Part shown: in pieces, positions 24,219 through 32,000 of the stretch
How the letters are laid out: each line of letters opens with the position of its first letter
Numbering within the stretch: the first letter of the stretch is position 1
From: Ignicoccus pacificus DSM 13166
GTDB taxonomy: Archaea > Thermoproteota > Thermoprotei_A > Sulfolobales > Ignicoccaceae
NCBI GenBank assembly: GCA_025340205.1
Contig: CP006868.1
Coordinates: 810,001 to 842,000 of the forward strand
Direction: 5' to 3'
Length of the DNA: 32,000 nucleotides
Notes under the pieces: generated by a model
Told to the model about the DNA's origin: nothing
Seen by the model: only the letters and a program-made list of their open reading frames with translations
Databases searched by the model: none
Made by a program: the position numbers and the translations under genes

Positions 24219-24809
24219 ATGGTTAATAATAAGTACTGTCCGAGCTTCACGGTGTCGAGCCTATTGGAGTTTGAAATTAAGCTGAGGATAGAGGATCCAC
24301 AAAGGATTGAAGAGACGCTACTCAAGCTTGGTGGGGAGTTTATGGGCACTAGAGTGGAGATAGACACGTACTTCAACTTTGACTGTAATGGTGGGTGTTG
24401 TAGAAACTTTGCCGAAACCGATGAGGCTATCAGACTTAGATTGAGGGATAGTAAGTGCATTCTGACGTACAAGGGACCTAGGATATCCAAGGAGGTAAAA
24501 GCTAGAGAAGAGATAGAAGTGGAAGTGGGTGACTGTAATGCAATCACGAAGATCTTGGAGAAGATGTGCTTGAAGCCGGTAGCTCAAGTCAAGAAAAAGA
24601 GAAGATATTGGAAATTAGGTAATGCCACAATAACTATAGATTACGTTGAAGAACTCGGTACATTTATGGAGATTGAAGTTGTCGGTGAGGATGCAAGTGA
24701 AGCGAGATCCATCATTGATGACTTAAGGAGGAGGATAGCTCCCTCATCTGAAGTGGTTGAGGAAACGTATCTCGAGATGTTACTGAAGAAGAGGGGAATA
24801 TCCCTCTAA
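24219..24809 (+). CDS. CYTH domain protein (class IV adenylate cyclase / triphosphate tunnel metalloenzyme family)
   Basis: The N-terminal ExExK signature is in [10 protein letters not shown], followed by alternating beta-strand patterns with conserved R/K/E ([39 protein letters not shown]). The true start may be GTG 24252 or TTG 24264, just before the ExExK strand. Confidence 0.75.
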   Translation: MVNNKYCPSFTVSSLLEFEIKLRIEDPQRIEETLLKLGGEFMGTRVEIDTYFNFDCNGGCCRNFAETDEAIRLRLRDSKCILTYKGPRISKEVKAREEIEVEVGDCNAITKILEKMCLKPVAQVKKKRRYWKLGNATITIDYVEELGTFMEIEVVGEDASEARSIIDDLRRRIAPSSEVVEETYLEMLLKKRGISL

Positions 24810-24828
24810 GAGGGATCTCCGATTTTTT
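24800..24828 (+). terminator. hairpin plus oligo-T at the end of the CYTH gene; a mirror oligo-T for the convergent EF-1alpha gene lies at 24840-24845
   Basis: A perfect 7-bp stem, ATCCCTC/GAGGGAT (24800-24806 / 24810-24816), carries the TAA stop codon as its loop. T6 follows at 23 nt into the element (24823-24828). On the other strand, T6 (A-run 24840-24845) immediately follows the EF-1alpha stop (24848-24850). Archaeal termination is known to use oligo-T tracts. Confidence 0.5.
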
Positions 24829-24847
24829 ATGGAAGTGTTAAAAAAGC

Positions 24848-26176
24848 TTACTTCTTCAGCTTTAGCTCTACTTGCATGGGCTCGACGTCGGTGACTATTC
24901 CTATGCCGACAGTCTTACCCATGTCTCTCATGGCGAACCTTCCTAGCGGCGGTATGTCCTGGAACTTCTCGATAACCATGGGCTTTAGTGGCTTGAACTT
25001 CACTATAGCGGCGTCACCGACCTTCAAGAAGCTGGGGTTCTCCTCGACGACCTTACCGGTCCTGGGGTCTAGCTTCTGCTTGATCTCTATGATCCTACAA
25101 GCGACGCTGGCGGTGTGGGCGTGAACTACGGGAGTGTAGCCTATAGCCACAGCGCTAGGGTGCCAGATAATGAACACTCTGGCAGTGAAGGTGTTGGCCA
25201 CGGTCGGAGGCTTGTCAGGATGACCGGCGACGTCACCTCTCTTGATGTCGTTCTTGCTCACGCCTCTGACGTTGAATCCGATGTTGTCACCGGGCTTAGC
25301 CTCTTGTACCTTCTCGTGATGCATCTCAATGGATCTCACTTCTCCGCCGACGCCCGGAGGCATGAAGACTACCTTGTCGCCTACCCTTAGTACACCAGTC
25401 TCCACCCTTCCTACGGGTACGGTACCAACTCCGGTGATGCTGTATACATCCTGGATGGGTATCCTCAGAGGCAGCTTCATCCACTTCTCAACGCTCGGAG
25501 GCTGTAGTTGGTCTAGGGCCTCCACGAGGGTGGGTCCCTTGTACCAAGGCATGTTTTCGCTCCTCTTGATGATGTTGTCGCCGGTCCAAGCACTGACAGG
25601 GATGAAGGGTATCTGGTCGACCTTGTAGCCTAGTCCCTTCATGAACTTCTTTAGAGTCTCGACTATCTGCTTGTACCTCTTCTCGCTCCACGGAGGCTCA
25701 GTGGCATCCATCTTGTTCACGGCAACGATTATCTGATCGATACCCATAGTCTTGGCCAGCAGTATGTGCTCCCTGGTCTGCCCCTCGGCACTCATACCGC
25801 TCTCGAACTCACCTGGCCTAGCGCTTACGACTAGGATAGCAGCATCGGCTTGGCTGGCACCAGTGATCATGTTCTTGATGAAGTCTCTGTGACCAGGGGC
25901 GTCGATGATAGTGAAGTAATACTTCGGGGTCTCGAACTTCATGAAGGTTAGGTCTATGGTGACTCCTCTCTCCCTCTCCTCCTTCAGCTTGTCTAGTAGC
26001 CAAGCATACTTGAAGCTCTCCTTACCCCTCTTCTTAGCCTCCTCCTCTAGCATCTTTAGGGTCTTCTCGTCGACGAATCCTAGCTCGTACAGCAAGTGAC
26101 CCACTAGGGTGCTCTTACCGTGGTCTACGTGGCCTATCACTACCAAGTTCATGTGAGGCTTCTCCTTCTTGCTCAC
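24848..26176 (-). CDS. tuf: translation elongation factor aEF-1 alpha
   Basis: [19 protein letters not shown] (G1), DAPGHRDF (G3), NKMD (G4), SAW (G5), and full-length similarity to crenarchaeal EF-1alpha. The GTG start at 26176 is preceded by GGAGGG. The gene is noticeably more G+C-rich at third positions than its neighbours, which generates several antisense ORF artefacts. Confidence 0.97.
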   Translation of the reverse strand: MSKKEKPHMNLVVIGHVDHGKSTLVGHLLYELGFVDEKTLKMLEEEAKKRGKESFKYAWLLDKLKEERERGVTIDLTFMKFETPKYYFTIIDAPGHRDFIKNMITGASQADAAILVVSARPGEFESGMSAEGQTREHILLAKTMGIDQIIVAVNKMDATEPPWSEKRYKQIVETLKKFMKGLGYKVDQIPFIPVSAWTGDNIIKRSENMPWYKGPTLVEALDQLQPPSVEKWMKLPLRIPIQDVYSITGVGTVPVGRVETGVLRVGDKVVFMPPGVGGEVRSIEMHHEKVQEAKPGDNIGFNVRGVSKNDIKRGDVAGHPDKPPTVANTFTARVFIIWHPSAVAIGYTPVVHAHTASVACRIIEIKQKLDPRTGKVVEENPSFLKVGDAAIVKFKPLKPMVIEKFQDIPPLGRFAMRDMGKTVGIGIVTDVEPMQVELKLKK

Positions 26177-26274
26177 TCTCTATCCCTCCGCATGGGGTGC
26201 GGGGAGTACGTCTATTAAATATTAAGCGTGTAAGGGTCCCCATGAGCATAGTACTTCGAACCAGGTGAGTGCTC

Positions 26275-27018
26275 ATGGTTACTATAGTCTACTATCCGGG
26301 AGATATAGCCGCTAAAGGGACGGCGGAGATATTGGAAAGAGAGTATTCAATAAAAGTGACTCCAATACCCAATGATTCACCCTTCCATGATTTCTCCGAT
26401 ATCGATGACGACGTCATAATAGTCTTGTCCAGGCATAAGAGCTCTAAGGAGATTAAGAGTTTCACCGTTCATCATACAGGCAACATTGGTCCAACTAATG
26501 AGCTAGGCGGAAAACCAAGAGAGGTAAGCATCGCCTTTCCATCAATAGCTTGTTCCTTACTTAGATCTCTTAAAGATGCGGCAAGGGATCGTGAAGATTA
26601 CGAGGTAGCATATGAAGCAACACACCATGGACCTACAGTAAATAAGGCGATAATATTCATTGAAATAGGGTCTAGCGAAAAGCAATGGGGTGACCCCAAG
26701 AACCATTATGTGCTGGCAAAAGCGGTGGCGCGTTACAAGGATTTTGGATGTAGTGGCATAAGGAGCATATGGATAGGAGGTCCTCATTATTCTTCGAGAG
26801 CATCTAAGAGATGTTTTAGCGATGAAGCGTGTTTCGGTCACATAGTAGCGAAATATAATGTTCCCTATCTTGATGATGAGATGCTGAAGAAGATCGTTGA
26901 GAAAAGTATGGAGAAGATAGAGAGGGCATATTTAGAGAAGAAGTCGATGAAATCAGAACAACGTAAGCATGTGAGGAACTTGTTAGAGGAATGGGGGATA
27001 GAAGTAGTTAGCGTCTAA
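26275..27018 (+). CDS. dtdA: D-aminoacyl-tRNA deacylase, archaeal type (DTD2)
   Basis: VLSRHKSSKEIKSFTVHHTGN and YEATHHGP match the tRNA_deacylase (DTD2) family signatures as I recall them. The ATG at 26275 is preceded by GGTGA (26264-26268). The tracked GTG at 26269 is two codons upstream. Confidence 0.7.
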   Translation: MVTIVYYPGDIAAKGTAEILEREYSIKVTPIPNDSPFHDFSDIDDDVIIVLSRHKSSKEIKSFTVHHTGNIGPTNELGGKPREVSIAFPSIACSLLRSLKDAARDREDYEVAYEATHHGPTVNKAIIFIEIGSSEKQWGDPKNHYVLAKAVARYKDFGCSGIRSIWIGGPHYSSRASKRCFSDEACFGHIVAKYNVPYLDDEMLKKIVEKSMEKIERAYLEKKSMKSEQRKHVRNLLEEWGIEVVSV

Positions 27019-28114
27019 GAACTCTTTCCACCATCCTTGTGTAATATGAAGGTAGATCCTCTCCGCGAGCAGCTCTAATATAAAGATGTTTTAAGACGTT
27101 AGGATTCATCATATCTAACTCAGAAGAGTTTTCTGCTATCATTAGGACGTCTAGAATGGCTTCGTGAAGTCTTGAAAGTGAGAGCTTCGGAAAGAGCCTT
27201 ACCTCTATCATGACCTTATCTAATGAATTAATGAATGAAGATATATCACCCTCTAAGAATGAGAATAACCAATCGGAGCGCGGTAGCGAAGACTTCCATC
27301 TAGCTATCGCCGGACCGAAGTTCCACCTTTGCATGCCTTCGAGTATCTCTATGTTGTTGGCCTTTACTACACCCATAGAAACATCTCTTGCTTTTACTTC
27401 ATTGAATTCCAAAAGCTCATGAGACAAACTTTCAAAGGTATGAAGCGAGAGATCCTTGCAAGGCTCGGCTTCTTGAGGTACGCCTGAGAATAATCTGCTA
27501 AGGACTTCATACCATGATGAATATGAATAAGGCGCCCAAGCATCTGGTATGGCTGCCCAAGAGTTAGAGGCGAAGTCGATCCAAGCCCTCACTCTATATT
27601 CCTTCCATCCACAACATGGTGAATTAGAATACTTCGAGATTAAGAAAGGAGAAGCAACGTTCAATGCATTTAGTACCATTGGTAAATCCTCCTTCCCGAC
27701 GTCTATCCATATCTGTGTTGATGCCATAGTTGCAATCTTATGGTGATTGTAACCGTACCATTGCAATAAACGATAGTGACCCCTTGGAGTAGCGTTCTTC
27801 AGATACCATCTAATTCCTGGAGGCGGGAGATAGGCGACGTCCAAGCTGGTATAACCCAACCCTTCTAGCCATAAATAGAAGTCTTCTGCTCTATTGAGTA
27901 TAGCTTCGAGAGGACCGGGTTCTATCGATACCTCGACAATTGCAGAGGTCGTGTCAGTCTTTACTATCCCAAAATCTTTCTTGAACCCTACAGGTTGTCT
28001 TGAGCAAGGATCTTTGATTATGCTATCTTCACTAGTTAACGTTTCTTCCCATATGCTTCGTGTAACTAAGTTACCATTCTTAGTAATTAATGTCTCTATT
28101 TCTAGGCCTAACAT
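27008..28114 (-). CDS. glutamate-cysteine ligase family 2 (GCS2/YbdK-like) carboxylate-amine ligase homologue
   Basis: 368 aa, which is YbdK-like in size. The N-terminal strand is LGLEIE (GxExE). MASTQIWIDV, ASPFLISKYSNSPCCGWKEYRVRAW (compare the family pattern SPF...G...S-x-R) and MIEVRLFP (compare the family pattern E-x-R-x-x-D/P) are arranged as in the GCS2 fold. The assignment rests on motif order only. Confidence 0.4.
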   Translation of the reverse strand: MLGLEIETLITKNGNLVTRSIWEETLTSEDSIIKDPCSRQPVGFKKDFGIVKTDTTSAIVEVSIEPGPLEAILNRAEDFYLWLEGLGYTSLDVAYLPPPGIRWYLKNATPRGHYRLLQWYGYNHHKIATMASTQIWIDVGKEDLPMVLNALNVASPFLISKYSNSPCCGWKEYRVRAWIDFASNSWAAIPDAWAPYSYSSWYEVLSRLFSGVPQEAEPCKDLSLHTFESLSHELLEFNEVKARDVSMGVVKANNIEILEGMQRWNFGPAIARWKSSLPRSDWLFSFLEGDISSFINSLDKVMIEVRLFPKLSLSRLHEAILDVLMIAENSSELDMMNPNVLKHLYIRAARGEDLPSYYTRMVERVLRR

Positions 28115-28143
28115 CCACTCGTCACCTGCTAAATGAAAGGTAT

Positions 28144-28719
28144 TTAATGAGGATAATATCTTTGATATAGATTGTGATCTATTCCTAATACGTCAAGTAT
28201 CTTGCCCACTATGAAGTCAATAATATCTGATATAGACTTGGGTTTTATGTAGAAAGCTAATGTAGGAAGAACTATATGGACGCCTATCTTGCTTAGTTTA
28301 AGCATGTTTTCTAATTCTAGTGGCCCTACAGGAGATTCCCGGGGAACTAACACGGTCTTCTTACCCATTCTTATTGCATTCAATGCTAGACGTGAAGGCA
28401 AAGTGGATCCGATACCATGTGCTATCATTCCGAGCGTTTTCATAGAACAAGGGACTACTACTACAGCATCCGGCACTCTCGAACTAGAGGCTAGATGAGA
28501 GGTCATTGAAATTTGAGGAGATAATCCCCTTTTCCTTATTTCATCCACAATGTTACATGATATGGGTGGATCCACAAAACATGGTTCTATTTTTGATACT
28601 TCGATGGCGTCTTTAGAAAGAGCTACTTCGACATTTATTTTCATATTGAGTAGGACATCTATCGTCCTTAGGGCAAGGGGTATGCCGGAGGCACCTGTTA
28701 TAGCTACCGCCACCCTCAA
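28144..28719 (-). CDS. ubiX: flavin prenyltransferase UbiX (prenyl-FMN synthase)
   Basis: RVAVAITGASGIPLALRTIDVL (flavoprotein N-terminal motif), VVVPCSMKTLGMIAHG and VLVPRESP are typical of UbiX/Pad1. It has a TTG start (an alternative GTG lies two codons in). Confidence 0.8.
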   Translation of the reverse strand: MRVAVAITGASGIPLALRTIDVLLNMKINVEVALSKDAIEVSKIEPCFVDPPISCNIVDEIRKRGLSPQISMTSHLASSSRVPDAVVVVPCSMKTLGMIAHGIGSTLPSRLALNAIRMGKKTVLVPRESPVGPLELENMLKLSKIGVHIVLPTLAFYIKPKSISDIIDFIVGKILDVLGIDHNLYQRYYPH

Positions 28720-28761
28720 CCACTTAACACCTTAACCATTACCAACCAGTACAAGTATAGC

Positions 28762-28802
28762 AATGCTATTAATGCTATTGTCCAGAATAAAATTAATGCT
28801 AT
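28762..28802. repeat. short direct repeats (AATGCTATT x2 in tandem, plus a third TAATGCTAT) in the ubiX upstream region
   Basis: AATGCTATT occurs at 28762-28770 and 28771-28779, and TTAATGCTAT at 28793-28802. These lie 43-83 nt upstream of the ubiX start on the - strand, overlapping where a BRE/TATA element would be expected. Confidence 0.4.
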
Positions 28803-28809
28803 GAACAGC

Positions 28810-29046
28810 TTACGCCTTCTCATTATGCTTTTCCAACCACTTTCTCAGAGTCTCGACGTTCCACTCGTGCTTGGTTTTCCTCCTCTTATCAATGGGGATT
28901 CCCATCTTTAGAGCTTGCTTGAATGTTAGACCAACTTCCTCTAGCTCGGCCTTGCTGAATCCTCTACCGACCTTCAACCTCGGCTTCTTTCCGGCGTCCT
29001 TCCTCAAGATAGGTGTTAGTACCTTAGCGACTGGCCTCTCTTCCAT
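28810..29046 (-). CDS. rpl13e: ribosomal protein L13e
   Basis: 78 aa. PRLKVGRGFSKAELEEVGLTFKQALKMGIPIDKRRKTKH matches the eukaryotic/crenarchaeal L13e core (GRGFS-x-EL...GI-x-D-x-RR). Confidence 0.8.
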   Translation of the reverse strand: MEERPVAKVLTPILRKDAGKKPRLKVGRGFSKAELEEVGLTFKQALKMGIPIDKRRKTKHEWNVETLRKWLEKHNEKA

Positions 29047-29170
29047 TGGATGATCCCCTCCGCTAGGGTTACCAGAAGGATTATAAACAATAATATGGTA
29101 CCATAACTGACATATTAAGATCGAGATTTATTAATTGTAACCGGTTTGGCTCCAAGATGGGTGTGGTATT

Positions 29171-29512
29171 GTGATATTGGTCCCCATACCATTACTGAGC
29201 ATAGGACCAAATGAGATGCTCATACTCCTAATTTTCGCTCTGTTACTGATACTGGGACCTTCAAAAATCCCCGAGTTGGCTAGGGGGTTAGGACAAGCGG
29301 TCAGAGAGTTCAAGAAGGCAGCCGAGGGTGAGTACTTTGAGGAAGCTACCACCTCTGGTGGAAGCTCCCAGCAATCTGGACTAACCGAGGAGCAGTTGAT
29401 TGAGCTTGCTAAGAAGATGGGAATAAATCCGGAGGGTAAGAGTAAGAGTCAACTAGAACAAGAAATACTACAAAAGGCCAAGGAAGAGGGCCTAACTGAA
29501 AAGAAGCAATAA
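29171..29512 (+). CDS. tatA: twin-arginine translocase subunit TatA/E
   Basis: SIGPNEMLILLIFALLLILGPSKIPELARGLGQAVREFKKA is the canonical TatA TM helix plus amphipathic helix (compare the canonical G-x-x-E...FGP-x-KLPE-x-x-R-x-x-G-x-x-x-x-x-FK). It has a GTG start and a TATA-like TTTATTAATT about 35 nt upstream. Confidence 0.85.
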   Translation: MILVPIPLLSIGPNEMLILLIFALLLILGPSKIPELARGLGQAVREFKKAAEGEYFEEATTSGGSSQQSGLTEEQLIELAKKMGINPEGKSKSQLEQEILQKAKEEGLTEKKQ

Positions 29513-29554
29513 ACGGAATAAAACCCTACCCATCTTTGTGGTGGGGCTAATTCG

Positions 29555-30550
29555 ATGTCTTTAGCGAAGGATCAAGAGAAAAAGCGCAAGAGGGAGTCCC
29601 GCTTTCTGAAATGGATCAAGAGCTTCTTTGAATGTGAGACTGAGACGGCGTACAGTGAGGAGATCAGCGTACATATAGAGGAGCTCCTTGTAAGACTGCG
29701 CAGGTCTATAGTAGCCTTCTTCATTGCATTGATGGTAGTAATATTCTTCCCTATAAACTGGATATCATGTCCACTATTCCATATCTATTGCTCATCCAAC
29801 GAATTGAGTCATGTAGTGGGTGCTGAGTACATTAGAGATTTACTGAAATGGTTGGGCTACATACCAGCTATGGTTGCTTTGCTTAGGCTGATAACGCTGG
29901 CAATTAACAGTATGGGAGTAACCGCCATAATATGCAACGCTGAAGGATTGATGAACGCGTACATAATGATAATAATATGGGGAGCCATACTCCTCTCCTT
30001 ACCCTACATAGCTTACCAGCTGCTGTGTTACATCTGGCCGGCTCTTGAAGAGCATGAGAAGAAGATGTTGAGGAATAGCATTCTAGCTGTAGTAGGGCTC
30101 TTCTTGTTAGGAGAAATATTCGCGTTCACCATAGTCGTGCCCTTTGGATTGAAGCTGGTCGTGATATTCGGACAAGTAGCTGGAGCTGAGGTGAGATGGT
30201 GTCTCTCTGACGTTATCAACTTCGTACTCTTCACGGCGATAGTTACTGGTGCTTCGTTCCTATTGCCTATAATAGTATACTACTTGGTCCTTATAGGACT
30301 TCTAAGGCCCGAACAACTCAAAGGAAGAAACATGAGGATAGCATTCCTAATAATAATGTTTATCGCTGCCGTGATAACTCCTGGAGGCACCGGAGTTAGC
30401 ATGATAGCGATAGGTATACCGATGTTCGTATTGTACTACTTAGCAGTAAGGATGGCAGAGAAAGCAGTAAAAGAGAGAGAAGAGAGGCAGAGAAAACAAC
30501 TTGGAGAGCTAGGTAAGGGAGGAGGTATAAAGTTTGAGAGTACCAAGTAA
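29555..30550 (+). CDS. tatC: twin-arginine translocase subunit TatC
   Basis: HIEELLVRLRRSIVAFFIALMV (the TatC N-terminal H-x-x-ELR-x-R motif), six hydrophobic helices, and a position directly downstream of tatA. It has N- and C-terminal charged extensions relative to bacterial TatC. Confidence 0.85.
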   Translation: MSLAKDQEKKRKRESRFLKWIKSFFECETETAYSEEISVHIEELLVRLRRSIVAFFIALMVVIFFPINWISCPLFHIYCSSNELSHVVGAEYIRDLLKWLGYIPAMVALLRLITLAINSMGVTAIICNAEGLMNAYIMIIIWGAILLSLPYIAYQLLCYIWPALEEHEKKMLRNSILAVVGLFLLGEIFAFTIVVPFGLKLVVIFGQVAGAEVRWCLSDVINFVLFTAIVTGASFLLPIIVYYLVLIGLLRPEQLKGRNMRIAFLIIMFIAAVITPGGTGVSMIAIGIPMFVLYYLAVRMAEKAVKEREERQRKQLGELGKGGGIKFESTK

Positions 30551-30609
30551 ATTGCGAAAAATAGATAACTTTTAATTAAAATAATCCATGGACCTCCTTG
30601 GAGAACAGT

Positions 30610-31050
30610 ATGAAGTGTTGTCCTGTCCTAACGGTAGATACCGTTGTAATAGATGGTGATAAGGTTCTCTTAGTGAAAAGAGGTGCTGAGCCGTTCAAGG
30701 GAAAATGGGCCCTTCCCGGAGGCCATGTAGAGTGTGGTGAGCGCGTTGAGGATGCTGCCTTAAGGGAGCTGAAGGAGGAAACTGGAATAGATGCTGAATT
30801 AGTCACCTTACTCTCCGTGTACTCGGATCCTCGTCGAGACCCCAGAGGTCACTACGTCTCAATAGCGTTCATTGCAGTCCCTAAAGAGAAAGGACAAGAG
30901 CCTAAGGCATCGACTGATGCAAAGGAGGCCAGATGGTTTAAGATAGGCGAAATTCCTTGGAATGATCTGGCTTTTGATCATGCTCAGATAATCAAAGATG
31001 CATTCCGTATGTTGTTACATCTAAAAAGAGAAGAGGGTTCAACATTTTAG
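30610..31050 (+). CDS. NUDIX hydrolase
   Basis: The Nudix box is GKWALPGGHVECGERVEDAALRELKEETG (Gx5Ex7REUxEExGU). I prefer the ATG at 30610, with TTTTAATTAAAATAA about 30 nt upstream. The tracked TTG at 30598 is four codons upstream. Confidence 0.85.
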   Translation: MKCCPVLTVDTVVIDGDKVLLVKRGAEPFKGKWALPGGHVECGERVEDAALRELKEETGIDAELVTLLSVYSDPRRDPRGHYVSIAFIAVPKEKGQEPKASTDAKEARWFKIGEIPWNDLAFDHAQIIKDAFRMLLHLKREEGSTF

Positions 31051-31085
31051 GTGAACCTAACTCGCAGGAAATACGGTGGTTTTAT

Positions 31086-31934
31086 ATGAAAAGCATGCTA
31101 ATCCTAACCTTGCTTTTGCCGTTCTTAGTGGCCAACACTTTGGTAGCTAGCGTAAGCAGCTTGGCTATGATAGCCTCTTCTGTACTTCCCCAATGGAAAG
31201 TCGTTTCTCTTATGCCACCGGGTGTAAATCCGCTCTTCTGGAAACCCTCTCCCTCCCAAATCACAGAGGCCCTCCGTGCTGACGTATACTTGCAGACAGG
31301 ACATTGGCCATACGAGATCCAAATAGCACAAATGAGAAAGGAAAAGGGATTAGTTACCGTTCCTCCAATTTATGAATTCAAAGATCCTGCCCTCGGTATA
31401 GCAGCATTAGGATTCGCTATATTGAGAATGCCTAACGGTGAACTGAATCCACATGGATGGTGGCTTTACGCTCCCAACGCTTTATCACTTATGAGATCTT
31501 TAGTTATACAATCTTGTCAACTTGAGCCTGCGCATTGTATGAGCTACTTAAAGAATTTCCAAGTTGAAATAGAGAAGGTTAGAGAGGTACTGAAGGAATG
31601 CGTTCCAATATACTATAAGAAGAAAGTTGTAGTTATGATGCCGGTCGAACAATATGCGCTAGCTAACTTCGAGATAAAGGTCCTAAAAGTAGTACAATCA
31701 AAAGGAGCTATACTCAGTGGTCGCGAACTCCGGGAAGCTGTAGATGCTTTAAAGAAGTCCGATGCCTTAGTGATATCAGAAGTCTCAAAAAATGTACCAG
31801 CTACCAAAATAATGGAAACATATGCAAGACGTCTCCATAAACCAGTAATAGAAATAAAGGTGATGTGGGGCAATTGGAAGAGTTATGACATCTACTTGAA
31901 GCAACTTTGTACGGAGCTGAGGGAACTAAGATGA
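31086..31934 (+). CDS. ABC transporter substrate-binding protein, ZnuA/TroA (cluster 9) type
   Basis: A signal peptide is present (MKSMLILTLLLPFLVANTLVA). The layout is V-x-SL-x-PPGVNP-x-x-W-x-PSPSQ...ADVYLQTG...LNPHGWW, as in metal-binding TroA-like proteins. However, the first DPH motif reads NPLFW, so that His is absent. Metal specificity is therefore uncertain. Confidence 0.5.
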   Translation: MKSMLILTLLLPFLVANTLVASVSSLAMIASSVLPQWKVVSLMPPGVNPLFWKPSPSQITEALRADVYLQTGHWPYEIQIAQMRKEKGLVTVPPIYEFKDPALGIAALGFAILRMPNGELNPHGWWLYAPNALSLMRSLVIQSCQLEPAHCMSYLKNFQVEIEKVREVLKECVPIYYKKKVVVMMPVEQYALANFEIKVLKVVQSKGAILSGRELREAVDALKKSDALVISEVSKNVPATKIMETYARRLHKPVIEIKVMWGNWKSYDIYLKQLCTELRELR

Positions 31935-32000
31935 TAGAGTACGTCATAGCATTAGTGACGTCGGCAATACCCCTCTTCTTGGGAGATGTGGGCGTTGCTT
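31931..32000 (+). CDS. start of a membrane protein gene (possibly the ABC permease), 3' end outside the window
   Basis: The ATG at 31931 forms an ATGA overlap with the upstream stop. The first 23 codons are hydrophobic (MIEYVIALVTSAIPLFLGDVGVA). Confidence 0.35.
   Translation, partial: MIEYVIALVTSAIPLFLGDVGVA

Noticed and set aside
24161-24547. The upstream 129 codons of the 187-aa ORF 23984-24547 (- strand).
   Set aside because: This part is Ser/Leu/Ile-rich and featureless, and it runs antisense through the well-supported CYTH gene. Only the last 58 codons (four CxxC pairs, ATG at 24160) form the conserved Zn-ribbon protein.
24876-26003. Five ORFs of 61-99 aa inside or antisense to the EF-1alpha gene (24876-25124 +, 25115-25390 +, 25329-25628 +, 25488-25691 -, 25818-26003 -).
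   Set aside because: All are embedded in a gene of unambiguous identity. The strong third-position G/C codon bias of this highly expressed gene suppresses stop codons in other frames.
26184-26205. Hairpin CCGCA-loop-TGCGG in the EF-1alpha leader, partially overlapping the GGAGG Shine-Dalgarno.
   Set aside because: On the transcribed (-) strand there is only a 5-bp stem. That is unlikely to be stable at thermophilic growth temperatures, and there is nothing else to suggest regulation.
1-32000. Search by eye for CRISPR arrays, transposases/IS ends, integrases, long direct or inverted nucleotide repeats, and rRNA genes.
   Set aside because: I found none. No regularly spaced 24-37-bp repeats, no recombinase or transposase-like translations, and no rRNA-like conserved blocks. 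The window looks like core chromosome rather than an accessory island.

Overview
This is a gene-dense, two-strand window from an archaeal chromosome, most likely a crenarchaeal (TACK) thermophile. The evidence for that placement is aEF-1alpha, aEF-1beta with its usual upstream Zn-ribbon gene, ribosomal protein L13e, an archaeal-type SRP (7S) RNA, very G+C-rich structural RNAs in an otherwise A+T-leaning genome, A/T-rich TATA-like boxes about 25-40 nt upstream of many starts, and frequent GTG/TTG starts with 4-nt ATGA/GTGA overlaps.

Content is mostly housekeeping:
- aspartate kinase (3' part), heme O synthase, and a respiratory complex I membrane module nuoH-I-J-K-N
- aroB, YjbQ, nicotinate phosphoribosyltransferase, a PUA protein, and a tungsten-type aldehyde:ferredoxin oxidoreductase
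- the translation factors above, archaeal D-aminoacyl-tRNA deacylase, UbiX, TatA/TatC, a NUDIX hydrolase, and a metal-type ABC binding protein

RNA genes I can support are SRP RNA (about 3280-3642, covered by three spurious Pro/Arg/Gly-rich ORFs in the track), tRNA-Pro(UGG) at 23460-23533, and a candidate C/D box sRNA at about 17711-17767.

I saw no CRISPR array, transposase, integrase or obvious mobile element.

The most interesting leads are:
1. The about 500 bp ORF-free gap at 20072-20573. It carries inverted ORB-like boxes (CCAGTGGAAATAAGGGGG and relatives) around an A+T-rich core, which suggests a replication origin with no orc1/cdc6 gene nearby. It sits next to a small winged-helix protein with an extremely acidic tail.
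2. A pair of exported proteins: an ATPase-less Lon (S16) protease-domain protein, followed by a 1015-aa C-terminally anchored protein with a propeller-like N-terminal region and six tandem beta-sandwich repeats.
3. A single polypeptide that fuses a RaSEA-like radical-SAM domain to an ArcS-type DUF5591 domain (archaeosine pathway).
4. A complex I membrane operon that goes directly from nuoK to nuoN with no nuoL or nuoM.
5. An AOR-family enzyme with Gly at the position of the first [4Fe-4S] cysteine ligand.

All functional calls come from reading the translations and recalling family motifs. No database search was run.
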